From contig CAZUFD010000002.1 of assembly GCA_964619625.1 (NCBI GenBank), forward strand, positions 14,582-78,581: DNA of 64,000 nt, written 5' to 3'. The stretch comes from an uncultured Gammaproteobacteria bacterium (GTDB taxonomy: Bacteria; Patescibacteriota; Patescibacteriia; Magasanikbacterales; GWA2-37-8). Numbering within the stretch: position 1 is the stretch's first letter; each line of letters opens with the position of its first letter. Of this stretch, positions 9,318 to 21,000 are shown piece by piece. Made by a program: the position numbers and the translations under genes. A model generated the notes under the pieces. The model was not told the origin of the DNA. It saw nothing but the letters and a program-made list of their open reading frames with translations, and did no database searches.

Positions 9318-10229
9318 TTACGCCCGATGACGTTCTTGCCAGTTATATACCACCACCAAGAGCGGGCTGGCGATAAACACGGAAGAATAAGCGCCGCTAG
9401 CAATACCTATCAGCAAAGCCAAAGCAAAGTAATGGATACTGAATCCTCCTAAAAAGAATAAAGCGAAGAGCGGCAGCATGGTCTTGAAGGTGGTGTTAAT
9501 AGAACGCATTAAAGTTTGATTTAAGCCAATATTTACTACGTCGGCAAAACTATCCGCGCTATGTCTAAGCAAATTTTCACGAATACGGTCATAAACTACG
9601 ATCGTATCATTTACTGAATAGCCAAGCACCGTTAAAATAGCTACCACAAAGGCCGTGTCTACCTCTACTCCATAAAATCTGCCCAGGAAGGAAAATACAC
9701 CCATTACCAGAAGCACATCATGAAAAAGCGCTACGATGGCCAAGGCTCCATACTTCCAACTTGCTACCGGCCGGGAAACTTTTCTAAAAGCATAGGCTAC
9801 ATAACCAATAATACCCAAATTTACCATTATAATTGCCCAGAAAGATCTGGATTTTAATTGTTTGCTGATGGCCGGACCAATAGTTTCAAATCTATCTTCA
9901 TGGACAATATTATCGCCAACAGCAAATTTTTTAGACAGCCCTGCTAAAACCGACTGATGTTCCTGTTCGGAAAGAAAATCGGTTCTGATAATTACAGCCT
10001 TATCTCCGGTTTTTTGAAAAAAGGTGTTTTTTAAACCGATAGTATCAAAAACTTGTTTTAATTCTTCATTTTCGGGTCTGGTATTAAACGTAATCTCTAT
10101 TAAAGATCCGCTGGTGAAATCTATACCCGGTTTCAAACCCCACATTGCCAAAAATACCACGCAGGTAATCGTAACCAGGGCGCTAAATACTAACAGGAAT
10201 TTTGAATATTTTATAAATGATATAGTCAT
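9318..10229 (-). CDS. secF: Protein translocase subunit SecF
   Basis: GIDFTSG, FHDV, GYSVNDTIVVYDRIREN, RSINT; ATG at 10229. Confidence 0.97.
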   Translation of the reverse strand: MTISFIKYSKFLLVFSALVTITCVVFLAMWGLKPGIDFTSGSLIEITFNTRPENEELKQVFDTIGLKNTFFQKTGDKAVIIRTDFLSEQEHQSVLAGLSKKFAVGDNIVHEDRFETIGPAISKQLKSRSFWAIIMVNLGIIGYVAYAFRKVSRPVASWKYGALAIVALFHDVLLVMGVFSFLGRFYGVEVDTAFVVAILTVLGYSVNDTIVVYDRIRENLLRHSADSFADVVNIGLNQTLMRSINTTFKTMLPLFALFFLGGFSIHYFALALLIGIASGAYSSVFIASPLLVVVYNWQERHRA

Positions 10230-10242
10230 AATCGAAATGAGT

Positions 10243-12000
10243 TTATTTACTAACAACTGCTTCTTCTTTTTTCTTATAACCTAAAAACAAGATATTCCCC
10301 TCTTCTCTTTTCATAAGCAACAAAACAGCTCTCATAATTGTGCGGGTTAAAACGATGGCGGAAAACATACTTACCAAAACACCAATGGCCAAGACTACCG
10401 CAAAGCCTTTCACAAAACCGCCCATCCAAACCATAAATACACAACTTATTAAAGTGGTAATATTACTGTCGCGAATAGATGGCCAGGCTCTAACAAACGC
10501 TTCTTCTACAGCGGATTTTAAACTTCTTCCTTCTCTTAATTCTTCTTTAAGCCTTTCAAAGACAAGCACGTTGGCATCTACCGCCATACCGATGGACAAA
10601 ATAAAGCCGGCGATTCCAGACAGGGTTAAAGTGACATTGATGGTTTTAAATATAACTAAGTTTATGAGCACATAAATACATAGCGATATGGCTGCCAACA
10701 GTCCGGGCAGCCTGTAATATAGAACCATGTAAATAAGCACGGCTATGAGGCCGTAAATACCGGCCATAAAGCTCTTCTGTAAAGAATCCGCGCCTAATGT
10801 GGCATCAACTTTTTGCTGGCTGATAAGCTCTACCGGCACCGGCAATGCTCCGGAATTCAGGCGCTGAGAGAGCAGTCTGGCTTCTTGTACAGAAAAACTG
10901 CCGCTAATCACCGCATTACCGGTTAAAATAGGTTCATTTACCTGTGGAATGCTAATAGCTGATCCATCCAAAAATATCGCTACCGGTCTGCCTACATTGC
11001 GTTTGGTTAAGTCCGCAAACAACTGCGTACCTTCTTCATCAAATTGCAAAGACACATGCACTTGTCCGGTTTGGGGGTCCTGAGTTACTTCGGTTCTCTT
11101 TAATTGTTTTCCGGATAAGCCAGAGGCCTTCCACTGCTCTGCCGGAGGCACGATATCCGTAGGTGATTTTGTTTTAACTAAAATTCTGGCAACATTATAA
11201 ACTTTCGTGCTGCTGGCCGTATCGGTTGTGGTTGTTTGTGAAGATAATCTTTTTAAAACATTTAACCCGTCAAAACTCTTTATTAATTCCTTGCTCACTT
11301 CTCCATCTTTATGGCTTGCGGCCCATTTATAAAATTCGGGGAAAACTTGATCATCAATAAAACCCAAATCACCGCCATCAGTTTTGGTAGTTTCATCCTC
11401 AGAATATTTTGCCGCGGCCTCGGCAAAATCCACGCCTTCAACAATTGCCTTTTGCGCTTCCTTGGCCTTGGCTTGCGCTTGGGCGTTATAGGCGTCCATT
11501 TCTTTCTTCTCTTCTGCAGTCAGCGGTCGCAGCGGCTCATCACTTTCTTCCTTAAATTCCAAAATCGGAGTTTCACCGATCATTTTTATAGCTTGATTAA
11601 CATCGGTTATACCCGGCAACTCCACGATAATTCTATAATCATCATTAACGCGGGTTGTCTGTACCAGCGGTTCCGCTACCCCAAGTCCGCCGCGCACACG
11701 CCGTTCTATAACATCACGCACACCTTCCACGGCGCTAGCTCTGTCGCTGCCTGGAATTACATCCGTATTTGCCTGGTAAACCAAATGAGCGCCGCCCTGC
11801 AGATCAAGGCCTAAATTAAATCCGGCAGCCGGAAAATTCGGCAAACCTATATTGGCTTTTTTATTCATCCAATCTATCCCTTTGTTGGCGTATGTTGGAA
11901 ATACGACTAAAAGACAAAAAACTGCTAAAAACAAGATACCAATAACTCTCCATTTAAGACTTTCTCGCGAAACGGTTTTCACCTTATTTTTTACAGCCAT
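10243..12000 (-). CDS. secD: Protein translocase subunit SecD with inserted parvulin/PPIase-like domain
   Basis: LGLDLQGG, GALPVP, IGMAVDANVLVFER; insert FAEAAAKYSED..GGDLGF. Confidence 0.96.
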   Translation of the reverse strand: MAVKNKVKTVSRESLKWRVIGILFLAVFCLLVVFPTYANKGIDWMNKKANIGLPNFPAAGFNLGLDLQGGAHLVYQANTDVIPGSDRASAVEGVRDVIERRVRGGLGVAEPLVQTTRVNDDYRIIVELPGITDVNQAIKMIGETPILEFKEESDEPLRPLTAEEKKEMDAYNAQAQAKAKEAQKAIVEGVDFAEAAAKYSEDETTKTDGGDLGFIDDQVFPEFYKWAASHKDGEVSKELIKSFDGLNVLKRLSSQTTTTDTASSTKVYNVARILVKTKSPTDIVPPAEQWKASGLSGKQLKRTEVTQDPQTGQVHVSLQFDEEGTQLFADLTKRNVGRPVAIFLDGSAISIPQVNEPILTGNAVISGSFSVQEARLLSQRLNSGALPVPVELISQQKVDATLGADSLQKSFMAGIYGLIAVLIYMVLYYRLPGLLAAISLCIYVLINLVIFKTINVTLTLSGIAGFILSIGMAVDANVLVFERLKEELREGRSLKSAVEEAFVRAWPSIRDSNITTLISCVFMVWMGGFVKGFAVVLAIGVLVSMFSAIVLTRTIMRAVLLLMKREEGNILFLGYKKKEEAVVSK

Positions 12001-12121
12001 ACAAGCGCGCGTGTTAATGAGTAATGTAAGAAACGGGCAATAATACCCCTTTTATCTGCTTAATCTTAAAGGATTTGGGATTTTTTGGCAAGACCTGAGT
12101 TTAGACCAAAACGGGGATAAA

Positions 12122-12337
12122 TTACTTGCCAATATATTCAAAACGAGGCATGATTTTGCCGTCTACTTCCACATTTTCTACAAACATTGCAAGCGGCCGC
12201 ACCCAAAATTTGGAATCGCTCTTATATAACGGCTCATAAATAACCATATCTTCAAGCGTCTCACTATGTCTGGCAATGCCGACAACCCTATATTCTTTAT
12301 TTTTATAATGCCTATATTTACCAAGTTTAAGCGACAT
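12122..12337 (-). CDS. DUF1653 domain protein
   Basis: GKYRHYKNKEY.V..IARHSETLEDMVIY..LY...WVRP..MF..RF. Confidence 0.9.
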   Translation of the reverse strand: MSLKLGKYRHYKNKEYRVVGIARHSETLEDMVIYEPLYKSDSKFWVRPLAMFVENVEVDGKIMPRFEYIGK

Positions 12338-12347
12338 ATATTCTACT

Positions 12348-12716
12348 CTATTTTCTTTTTCCTTTTTTCTCGTTAGTTTTATATCCGGTGTCCGAAGACC
12401 ACACCAACCATAATCGCTTTGCAAAACCACCTTTATTGCGCATATTTTCTTTACGCGCCGCATTTAACTCTCGCGTGCTTATTTTCTTTACTTTTTTTAT
12501 TTCATCAATCACTGCGAGTACATCACAAATTTCATGTACAAGCTCTACGCGTGTTCTGGCATTTTGTACACCGCCAGCTTCTTCTTCAATCTTAGCAAGC
12601 AATGCTTTTTCCAATTGCGATTTAGATAATTTTTTAGTTTCAAACGCTATACCCTTTTTCCGCATCTTTGCCGCCACTCCGTCACGAATAAGTTTATGAT
12701 AAAATATTTTTTTCAT
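12348..12716 (-). CDS. MazG-like nucleoside triphosphate pyrophosphohydrolase
   Basis: YHKLIRD, KIEEE, EICDVLAVI, KGGF.KRLWL. Confidence 0.8.
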   Translation of the reverse strand: MKKIFYHKLIRDGVAAKMRKKGIAFETKKLSKSQLEKALLAKIEEEAGGVQNARTRVELVHEICDVLAVIDEIKKVKKISTRELNAARKENMRNKGGFAKRLWLVWSSDTGYKTNEKKGKRK

Positions 12717-12752
12717 AACTCAACCTTATATTTGGTTCCATATAATTTATTT

Positions 12753-15512
12753 TTAGGCTCCGTGGCAGCGCTTATACTTCTTTCCACTTCCACAGGGGCA
12801 CAAATCATTGCGCCCAACTTCTTTTCCATCCGCACCTTTCTCTGTTCGGCTGTTTGAAACCTCGATCTCGCCATCTATTGCATCACTGGCTCCTTTGAAA
12901 TTCAAATGTTGACTTGTGCCCATTACCGATGGCGCCAATTGAATACCCAAATTTACTTTATATATTAGGTATACCACCTCTTTTTGAATCAAGTTAAGCA
13001 ATTCATTGAACATGCGATACGTTTCTTTTTTGTATTCTACGAGCGGATCGTGCTGGCCGTATCCGCGCAGGCCAATACCGGTACGCAAATAATCCACGGC
13101 CACCAAATGATCCACCCATAAATTATCCATCGCGCGCAAGAGTACCTGTTTTTCTATTTCCAGCAGCATCGCCATATCCGGCACCGCCTTAACAAGCAGC
13201 ATATCGTATTTTTTATTAGCTAAATCCACCAAGTATTCAATAATTTTGGTACGACTTTCCACATCTTCCAATTTCTGGCTTCTTTCTCCTGAAGCAAAAT
13301 CAGTGACCGTATTTTTTTCTTCATCTGACAGGGCAAAAATAGTGGAAACATTTTCCAAAATTTCTTTAACATTCCAATCGTGTCGGCTTTCGGTGTTGGT
13401 ATGAAAAGAAACAACTTGCTCAATCTCTTGTTCTACCATACCCAAAATCATTTGACGCATGGTGATTGCGCCTTCAGGCACAGTATTATTCTTTTCATTA
13501 TCAAAGGCGTTTAAAATTTCTCGGCGTTTGCCATAAATAACTTCTCGGTGGCGATTGAGTACGTCGTCGTATTCCAACAAATGTTTGCGGGTATCAAAAT
13601 GCATCCCTTCCACTTTTCTTTGAGCAGATTCTATAATGCGAGTAATCATTCTTTGTTCTATCGGCATATCATCCGGCACTTTGAGGGTTTCCATCACCCC
13701 GCGAATACGATCGCCGGCAAAAATTCGCATTAAGTCGTCTTCGGTGGAAAGATAAAATTGTGATTCGCCCGGATCTCCCTGACGGCCACTGCGACCGCGC
13801 AATTGATTATCTATACGGCGGCTTTCGTGGCGTTCAGTACCAATAACAAACAAACCGCCCGCTTCACGAACTTTACTGGCTTCTTCGGGCACTACCGGAT
13901 TTCCTCCTAACAATATATCCACACCGCGGCCGGCCATATTGGTAGCAAGCGTCACTGCGCCGGCGCGTCCGGCTTGAGCGATTATCTCACCCTCGCGTTC
14001 GTGGTTTTTGGCGTTTAAAATTTCATGCTTGATTCCTTCACGTTCCAAAAATAAACTGAGGGCTTCGTTTTTATCTACCGCTACCGTACCAATAAGCACC
14101 GGCTGGCCTTTGGCTTGTAATTCTTTTACGGTAAGGGCAATCGCTTTAAATTTCGCACTTTCAGTTTTATAAATTCTATCCGGATGATTATGGCGCTGAT
14201 TTGGCCTATTTGGTGGAATAACGACTACTTCTAATTTATAAATTTTGCCAAATTCCTCGGCTTCGGTTACGGCCGTACCGGTCATGCCTGATAATTTTGG
14301 ATATAATCTAAAATAATTTTGGAAAGTAACAGTGGCCATGGTGCGGCTCTCTTGCTGAATCTTTACCCCTTCTTTGGCTTCTATGGCTTGGTGCAAGCCT
14401 TCGCTATAACGTCGGCCCGGCATTTTTCTACCGGTAAATTCATCTACAATTATTACTTCGCCGTTTTCCAAAATATAATCGCGGTCACGCGCGAACAAAG
14501 CATGAGCGCGTAAAGCTTGTTCCACATGATGCACGGTGCGTATGCCACCCTCGGCATAAATATTATCTATACCCAAGGCTTTTTCAATTTTATTTATGCC
14601 CGCTTCGGTGAGCGTAGACGAACGCATCTTTTCATCCACGTTATAATCTTCGTTTTCTTTAAGACGACTTACCAAATCCGCGAATTTATAATACATATCG
14701 GTGGCATCTTCGGCCGGGGCGGAAATAATAAGCGGTGTTCGCGCTTCATCGATTAAAATAGAGTCAACCTCGTCTACAATGGCGTAAAAAAACGGCCGCT
14801 GCGACATTTCCTGTTTGCTTTGCACCATGTTGTCGCGCAAATAATCAAACCCAAATTCATTATTGGTGCCGTAAGTAATATCGCAAGCGTAGGCCTCTTG
14901 CCTGGAGCATCTTTCCAAAAATTCTGTTTCAACTTTATACATGCCCTTAGCATCTCTTTCTTTGTCGGCGGGGCTGCCTTCGGATAAATCTTCTTCGGGT
15001 TTTATGGATTTTTGCGCGTTATACTTATAAGAAACAAGCTGTTGTTGAATAATACCCACGGTGAGTCCTAGCGCGTCATAAATTTGTGCCATCCAAACGG
15101 CATCGCGTTTGGCCAAATAATCGTTTACGGTAACTACATGCGCGCCTTTGCCCGCGAGCGCGTTTAAATATGTTGGGAGTGTTCCTACCAGAGTTTTACC
15201 TTCGCCGGTTCCCATTTCCGCAATACTGCCGCGATGGAGCACGATACCGCCGATAAGCTGCACATCAAAATGACGCATGCCGGTAATACGCTTGGAAGTT
15301 TCCCGCACTACGGCAAAGGCCTCAGGAAGAATATCGTCCAAAATTTCACCGCTCGCCAAACGGTTTTTAAATTCGTCTGTTTTGGCGCGCAAATCAGCCA
15401 AGGTTAACTTTTCCATAGCCGGCTCCAAAGAGTTAATTTTCTCTACAATTGGCTGGATGCTTTGAATTGCTTTAGCATTAGGATCTCCGAAAATCTTGGT
15501 AAGAAAAGACAT
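12753..15512 (-). CDS. secA: Protein translocase subunit SecA
   Basis: MGTGEGKT, VDEVDSILIDEARTPLIIS, ATNMAGRG, C-terminal CPCGSGKKYKRCH. Confidence 0.99.
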   Translation of the reverse strand: MSFLTKIFGDPNAKAIQSIQPIVEKINSLEPAMEKLTLADLRAKTDEFKNRLASGEILDDILPEAFAVVRETSKRITGMRHFDVQLIGGIVLHRGSIAEMGTGEGKTLVGTLPTYLNALAGKGAHVVTVNDYLAKRDAVWMAQIYDALGLTVGIIQQQLVSYKYNAQKSIKPEEDLSEGSPADKERDAKGMYKVETEFLERCSRQEAYACDITYGTNNEFGFDYLRDNMVQSKQEMSQRPFFYAIVDEVDSILIDEARTPLIISAPAEDATDMYYKFADLVSRLKENEDYNVDEKMRSSTLTEAGINKIEKALGIDNIYAEGGIRTVHHVEQALRAHALFARDRDYILENGEVIIVDEFTGRKMPGRRYSEGLHQAIEAKEGVKIQQESRTMATVTFQNYFRLYPKLSGMTGTAVTEAEEFGKIYKLEVVVIPPNRPNQRHNHPDRIYKTESAKFKAIALTVKELQAKGQPVLIGTVAVDKNEALSLFLEREGIKHEILNAKNHEREGEIIAQAGRAGAVTLATNMAGRGVDILLGGNPVVPEEASKVREAGGLFVIGTERHESRRIDNQLRGRSGRQGDPGESQFYLSTEDDLMRIFAGDRIRGVMETLKVPDDMPIEQRMITRIIESAQRKVEGMHFDTRKHLLEYDDVLNRHREVIYGKRREILNAFDNEKNNTVPEGAITMRQMILGMVEQEIEQVVSFHTNTESRHDWNVKEILENVSTIFALSDEEKNTVTDFASGERSQKLEDVESRTKIIEYLVDLANKKYDMLLVKAVPDMAMLLEIEKQVLLRAMDNLWVDHLVAVDYLRTGIGLRGYGQHDPLVEYKKETYRMFNELLNLIQKEVVYLIYKVNLGIQLAPSVMGTSQHLNFKGASDAIDGEIEVSNSRTEKGADGKEVGRNDLCPCGSGKKYKRCHGA

Positions 15513-15573
15513 AAATATTAAAAAAATAGACCCCTTTAAGGTTTCGCTATTTTAGCATACATTATACAGATAA

Positions 15574-15888
15574 TCAAGGCTTTTCTATAGATAAAAGCAC
15601 GCTATTTTTTACTCGCTGGGCTTCGCGCTCCACTACTTCGCCGTCGTATTCTCCCGAATGGGCGGTTACCCCTTCATAAATCGGACGCTTTTGGTCTAAA
15701 TGCAAATCAAAAATCACTTTCCCGCCTTCGGTTTTTATATACACATGAAAACGCGGATAAAAATCGCGATGAATGCGTTTGGCAAAACTAGTTTTGTTCA
15801 TACGTCTATCTATAATTTTGGCATAACCGCAGCGCAAAATAGATTTTTCCGGATCTTTTATTTCTTCCTGGCTGAATTTTATTTGCAT
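15574..15888 (-). CDS. Conserved CPR hypothetical protein
   Basis: YPRFHVY..LHLDQK..Y..AHSGEYDG; ATG at 15888 just after the upstream stop. Confidence 0.65.
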   Translation of the reverse strand: MQIKFSQEEIKDPEKSILRCGYAKIIDRRMNKTSFAKRIHRDFYPRFHVYIKTEGGKVIFDLHLDQKRPIYEGVTAHSGEYDGEVVEREAQRVKNSVLLSIEKP

Positions 15889-15892
15889 ATAT

Positions 15893-18061
15893 TTATTTAC
15901 CCGCTTTGTACAAAGCCATAATTTCGGCCGGAGCCAAAGGGCGACTATAAACTCGCACATCATCTAGCGCTCCATCAAAATTTCTTCCATTGACCGGATC
16001 TTTAGCTATATTAGTATAACCGCCGGTGGTATCACCAACACCACTGGTAAAATTACCGTTGCCCACATATGTATCTTCAACACCGTTTATATATAATTTT
16101 AGATTGCCTGATGCTAAACCGGAGTTATACGTTGCGGCTACATGATACCATTTATTTGTTGATAAATCGGAATTACCAACTAACGTAACATTTGAACCGC
16201 CATTGCCAACTTGGCCGGTTAAATTACCGTTTGCATCCAAAACTAACCCGTAAAAATCAAGATTAGCATCATTTTTCATAAAAACCTGGTTGTAGTTTTT
16301 ATGAGCGCGAACTTTTATCCAAGAAGAAATAGTAAATTGGGTTGTTAATCTTAAAGATGACGGATCGCCAAGGTTTACAAAATAATTACTATCTTTAAAA
16401 TCTAGGCCCTGCCCTATCTTTCCTCTAGTCGCGCTTATGATTGTGCTTGTTCCATGATTTCCCTGGCCGCTTATGTCGGTACTCGTAACGGATGTCATAT
16501 TCCCGCCATCAAAAGTCCAGTGCCCTACCAAACTATTTTTAGGCTGTACTCTCACTGTATCTGTTTTACTGGTTTTATTATTGGCCATTTTATATAATTC
16601 CGAAACTTCAGCATTAGACAAAGCGCGATTATAAATTCGTATATCATCCAAAGATCCAAAAAATTCCGAACTAACGGCGGTTTTGTCACGGCCAATACTG
16701 GAGGTTGTGGTTCCATCCATTCCCGAAAGAGCTCCGGAAAAACTAGCGCTCGTGTTTCGTAAAATACCATCTACATAAATTCTAATGGGGGTGCCGCTAC
16801 CGTTCCACGTAGCCACTACATGAGTCCATTTGTTTAGTCTGGAACGCACGTTACTGCTTAAATTCCTGCTTGTGCCGCCAATTCTAAGGGTCACATAGGG
16901 AAAAGCTGAACCGTCCGTATTCAAACTTATAAAGGGGGTACCGATTGTGGCCCCAGAAATCATAAACCGATTGCCAAAATCCCCAGGCAAGGTAGTGGTG
17001 TTGGTTTTATACCAAAGCGAAATAGAAATTGCATCTGTAATAGATGGTGTTGTATAGGTTAAAATATCATCATCACCAGCACCGTCAAAAAACATACCTT
17101 GGCCCACTATGCCTCTAATCGTGGCTACACCGCCCTGTCTCGTTGCATGCACCCCATTACCGCTTCTGTCGGTGCTTGTACTAGGAGTTGTATCTCCGCC
17201 ATCAAAAGTCCAGTGTGCTTTTAGTCCATCTCTTAGCTGCGCTCTAATTGCGTCTGTTTTATTTACTTTACCTCCGCCACTTTTGTAAAGCTGTATTACT
17301 TCTACTGATGACAAGGAACGGTTATAGATACGGGCATCGTCAATAGTGCCTGTTGTAAATATGCCATTAAAATTAGCGCCAATATGATACGGCTGAAAAA
17401 AAGCTCCGCTGCCAATGGTGGAGCTGGCTCTATCAATTTCTAAAACACCGTCAATATAAAGACTGCCGGTATTATCCGAGTAGTTGGAGTACGTAATCAA
17501 ATGCCACTTTCCGTCTGCAACCAAAGTGGCTGATTTTATGTTGTGCTGCCAACCGCCATTGTAGTGCGCAAATTCCGCGTAGCCGCTTCGCACAGAAAAA
17601 GTAGCAAAAAGATTACCGCTATTCCAACCGATTAAAGACACGCCATAATCAACATTCTGCCTGAGATCGGTGCCTTTATACCAAGCGCTTAAACTCCAAT
17701 TTTCACTGGAGAGGCGGCCCATATTTCCTCTAACATTAAAATCACCGGTGGCCGGAAGAGTAATATAGTCGCTGCTGGTGCCGTTAAATTTTAAAGCTTG
17801 GCCGATTTTCCCCGCAGTCCGTAGGGTTCCGTTTCTTGTGCCGTTTAATCCGCTGCCGCTTTTATCGGTAACAGCACTCGCAGTCACATGCGGTCCGTCA
17901 AATGTCCACCAACCCTGCAATCCGTTTTTTAAAGAGTTTGAGCTGCTTGTTTTATTAATTACAGCCGCTTCGGTTTGGTTATTTTTATTAAACAAAAACA
18001 ACAATACCGCAAAAACGCAAACAGCTACCGACATTATTTGTAATTTATTTTTCTTTTTCAT
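15893..18061 (-). CDS. Secreted/anchored protein with three LamG-like (ConA) domains
   Basis: Three units L.G.WTFDG..D.SG..G..GQ.L.F..W.HV..Y.DG..G.LDD.RIY.R.LS. Confidence 0.9.
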   Translation of the reverse strand: MKKKNKLQIMSVAVCVFAVLLFLFNKNNQTEAAVINKTSSSNSLKNGLQGWWTFDGPHVTASAVTDKSGSGLNGTRNGTLRTAGKIGQALKFNGTSSDYITLPATGDFNVRGNMGRLSSENWSLSAWYKGTDLRQNVDYGVSLIGWNSGNLFATFSVRSGYAEFAHYNGGWQHNIKSATLVADGKWHLITYSNYSDNTGSLYIDGVLEIDRASSTIGSGAFFQPYHIGANFNGIFTTGTIDDARIYNRSLSSVEVIQLYKSGGGKVNKTDAIRAQLRDGLKAHWTFDGGDTTPSTSTDRSGNGVHATRQGGVATIRGIVGQGMFFDGAGDDDILTYTTPSITDAISISLWYKTNTTTLPGDFGNRFMISGATIGTPFISLNTDGSAFPYVTLRIGGTSRNLSSNVRSRLNKWTHVVATWNGSGTPIRIYVDGILRNTSASFSGALSGMDGTTTSSIGRDKTAVSSEFFGSLDDIRIYNRALSNAEVSELYKMANNKTSKTDTVRVQPKNSLVGHWTFDGGNMTSVTSTDISGQGNHGTSTIISATRGKIGQGLDFKDSNYFVNLGDPSSLRLTTQFTISSWIKVRAHKNYNQVFMKNDANLDFYGLVLDANGNLTGQVGNGGSNVTLVGNSDLSTNKWYHVAATYNSGLASGNLKLYINGVEDTYVGNGNFTSGVGDTTGGYTNIAKDPVNGRNFDGALDDVRVYSRPLAPAEIMALYKAGK

Positions 18062-18073
18062 GATAATTTTTTG

Positions 18074-21000
18074 CTAAGGCGTGGTGGTAACTACTTCCGA
18101 AACAGAACTGGAAACAACCGATGTTGACGAAGGAGTTGCAGTTAAATTTTCAACAGTACCGGGGGTAGAAGACGGCGCGGGTTCAGCAGCCGACACGGTG
18201 GTGGTATTAGTAGAAACGACTTCGATGTTGCTATTATTGTCCGATGCGGACGGCGTTGGGTTGGGTTGTGCCGCCTGCACATTTGTTCTGTTTAAAATAT
18301 CTTGCAGCTGCTGCTCATTTACACAAGTATTGCCTACGCAAAGCTGCTGGGTAGTAACTTTGTCCGCAAACAATTCTTTTACCGTGGCAATACCGTTTTT
18401 GATTGCTAATCCTAATTTTCTTAAACTATTTTTTACTGCTAAAGTAAACTTATCCAACACAACTTGAGCAAAATTCGGCAAATCAACGCCTATCTGCTCT
18501 TCTGTTAAGCTGCCGGCCGACCAGTGCGGATTTACAAACATGGTCACTGTTCCGATGGCGGCATTTTCTTCCATAGATTGCAAAGCAATACCTATTACTC
18601 TGCCCGGTTCAGTTGCTTTTACGGCCAACCCCGGTTCGGCGGAAGAAGTTAGATAATCCCCTTCTTTAACTATTCCGTTCGCGTTTGAAACTTTAACCGG
18701 CACGCGTCCGCCTAAAGCTACCGGCCTAAATGAAGTAGGATACAAACCTTTTATTCTTACATTACTAACATCGTATCCTCCCAAAATAAAACCGGGATTT
18801 TCGGAAATTACGCCTAGAATATTATCGGCATAAGCAACGGAGCATTTTTTGATAAATGGAGTAGAAGATGCATCTTCTCCGGAACAAACCACTTCGCCGT
18901 AGGTTGGACAATTTCCATTGGCTTCACACTCCGGATCCAACGGATAAGTTTCGGCAATATCCAAAGTGGTCGTGCCGGCAATATATCCGGATGCTTTTAT
19001 AAAACCATTTACACCCAAACCGGCGGTGGTGCTGGCCCCCGCGTCTATATATAATTTATAAGTAGAAGTAGTGCTGGTGTTTATGGAAATTGTTTGGTTT
19101 GCAATACCGCCCGAACCATTGCTTTCGGCATATATCATTAACATCGGATTGTCATTGATGGCGGCAGTGTAGCTATTTGGCGTACCCACCACCGTAGACG
19201 AAACTGTCATATCTACCCAAGTTACCATACCGGCATTATCATCAAAATTTAATGGGCCGGTTTCTAAACTATTTACATATGTAACTGAACTGGAAGCTTC
19301 ATAATACACGCCGTCATTGGCAAAAAAGGCATTGCCCGCATCGTCAATTTTAAATGTAGAGGTGCCGGAAGCGCTGTGCACATTTACCGAAACTGTGGAA
19401 GACGTGTTGCCCGCGCCCCAAATATCTAATTTTGCCAGCGGACTGGTGGTATTTATACCAATAGTGCTATTAAAGTAAGTGCTGCTGCTCGTACCACCGA
19501 CAATTGTCAAATACCCAGCGCTGTCGTTAGCTATGGTACCGCGGAAATTAGCTTTATTTTGAACATAAAACGAATTGCCGCTCCCATTAGCATACAGATA
19601 ACCACCATTAACTGTAATGCCGCCGGAGTCTGAAGCAAAATAAACACTTGGGTTGCCGGTATAAACTCTGGTGCCGCTTATATAACCCTGTACGCCTAAT
19701 GTGTATTGTGGAGAAGAAGAACTTATACCAACATTGCCATTTGTTAATATGTTAAGCAAAGATTCTCCGGTGGAAGAATTTATACTAAAAGGATTGATTC
19801 CGTCTGTGCCTTGCACCGACAGCATGGCTATTGGCGAAGAAGTATTTATACCCACTCTGCCATTTGTAAGAATCGTAAACATAGAAGAAGCGGCGGCCGT
19901 ATTGGTGACGACTGAAAAAGGATTGGCTGTTCCGTCTCCCTGAACTGTCAATCTTGCAATTGCGGTGCTAGTACCGGCGGCCATATTACTACGAGCAAAA
20001 ATATGCCGCGGGCTTCTTGTGCCTCCGCCGATGTCATAGGTGTTGTCGCTGCTAAAACCTAAATCTGTGCTTAAAAGTACCGTGCTGGCAAAAGCACCAA
20101 TAATTACTTGATTTGATGTGTTCAGGCTAAGCAGACCAATATCAGCCGCATTATCCGCTCTTCTGCCATAAATACCGGTATTATTTTCCAGACGAATAGC
20201 GCCGGTGGTGGCTGGAATATTTCCAAAACTTAAAGCGCCCGTGCCGCCAATAGTTAGTGCGGTAGTTGGAGTACTAGAACCAATGCCAATATTTCCATCT
20301 TTATTTATTCTAAACAAGCTGGCGCCGGTAGATGAAGCGATTTCCACAATATTTACGGTAGATGTCCCTTGTAAGGATAGACTCGCCACTGGCGAAGAAG
20401 AGTTTATACCAATTTGCCCCGAAGGGGTAATTCTTAATTTTTCTGTGTTAACTCCCGCGTCATAGGTATTAAACACAAGAGCGCCGGAAGTATTTCCGCC
20501 AGATCTGATGCCGCCAATTTCGGCTATGGCCGTTTCCGAAATTGAAGGACTGTCTATAGCAAACTGCATAACCATTCCAAAACCATCCGCGAGACTGGAA
20601 TTAGACGAATTTTGCGCCAAACGCAGACCTGTCGGTGCCACGTTAGTAAAGGTGGAAGTGCGAACTGACCTTATAATTTCCGACGTATTTCCTTGTACAT
20701 ACAGAGGTGTAGTAACTGTGGAATCATTATAAGGAACTCCGATACCGACTTTTGCCGGAATTACAAGATCACCATCATCACGAGCCATTAAAATAATGCC
20801 AAGGTTTTTTGTACCCGCCGCAGCTGAAGCAGATGTCCATAAAGAAATACCTTCGTTGCCAACTTCCAATAAACCGCCGGTATCGGCCGCTTCTAATTCC
20901 CAATCACCGCTGTTATAGACAAGATTGCGAGTCAGATGTAAAACGCCATCATTACGTAGAACTCCGTTGTTAATTCCTCCACGAGAATTGGCGATTAAGC

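Noticed and set aside
16503-17215. 20-nt exact direct repeat CCGCCATCAAAAGTCCAGTG (16503 and 17196)
   Set aside because: Encodes the HWTFDG motif of duplicated LamG domains; not an att site
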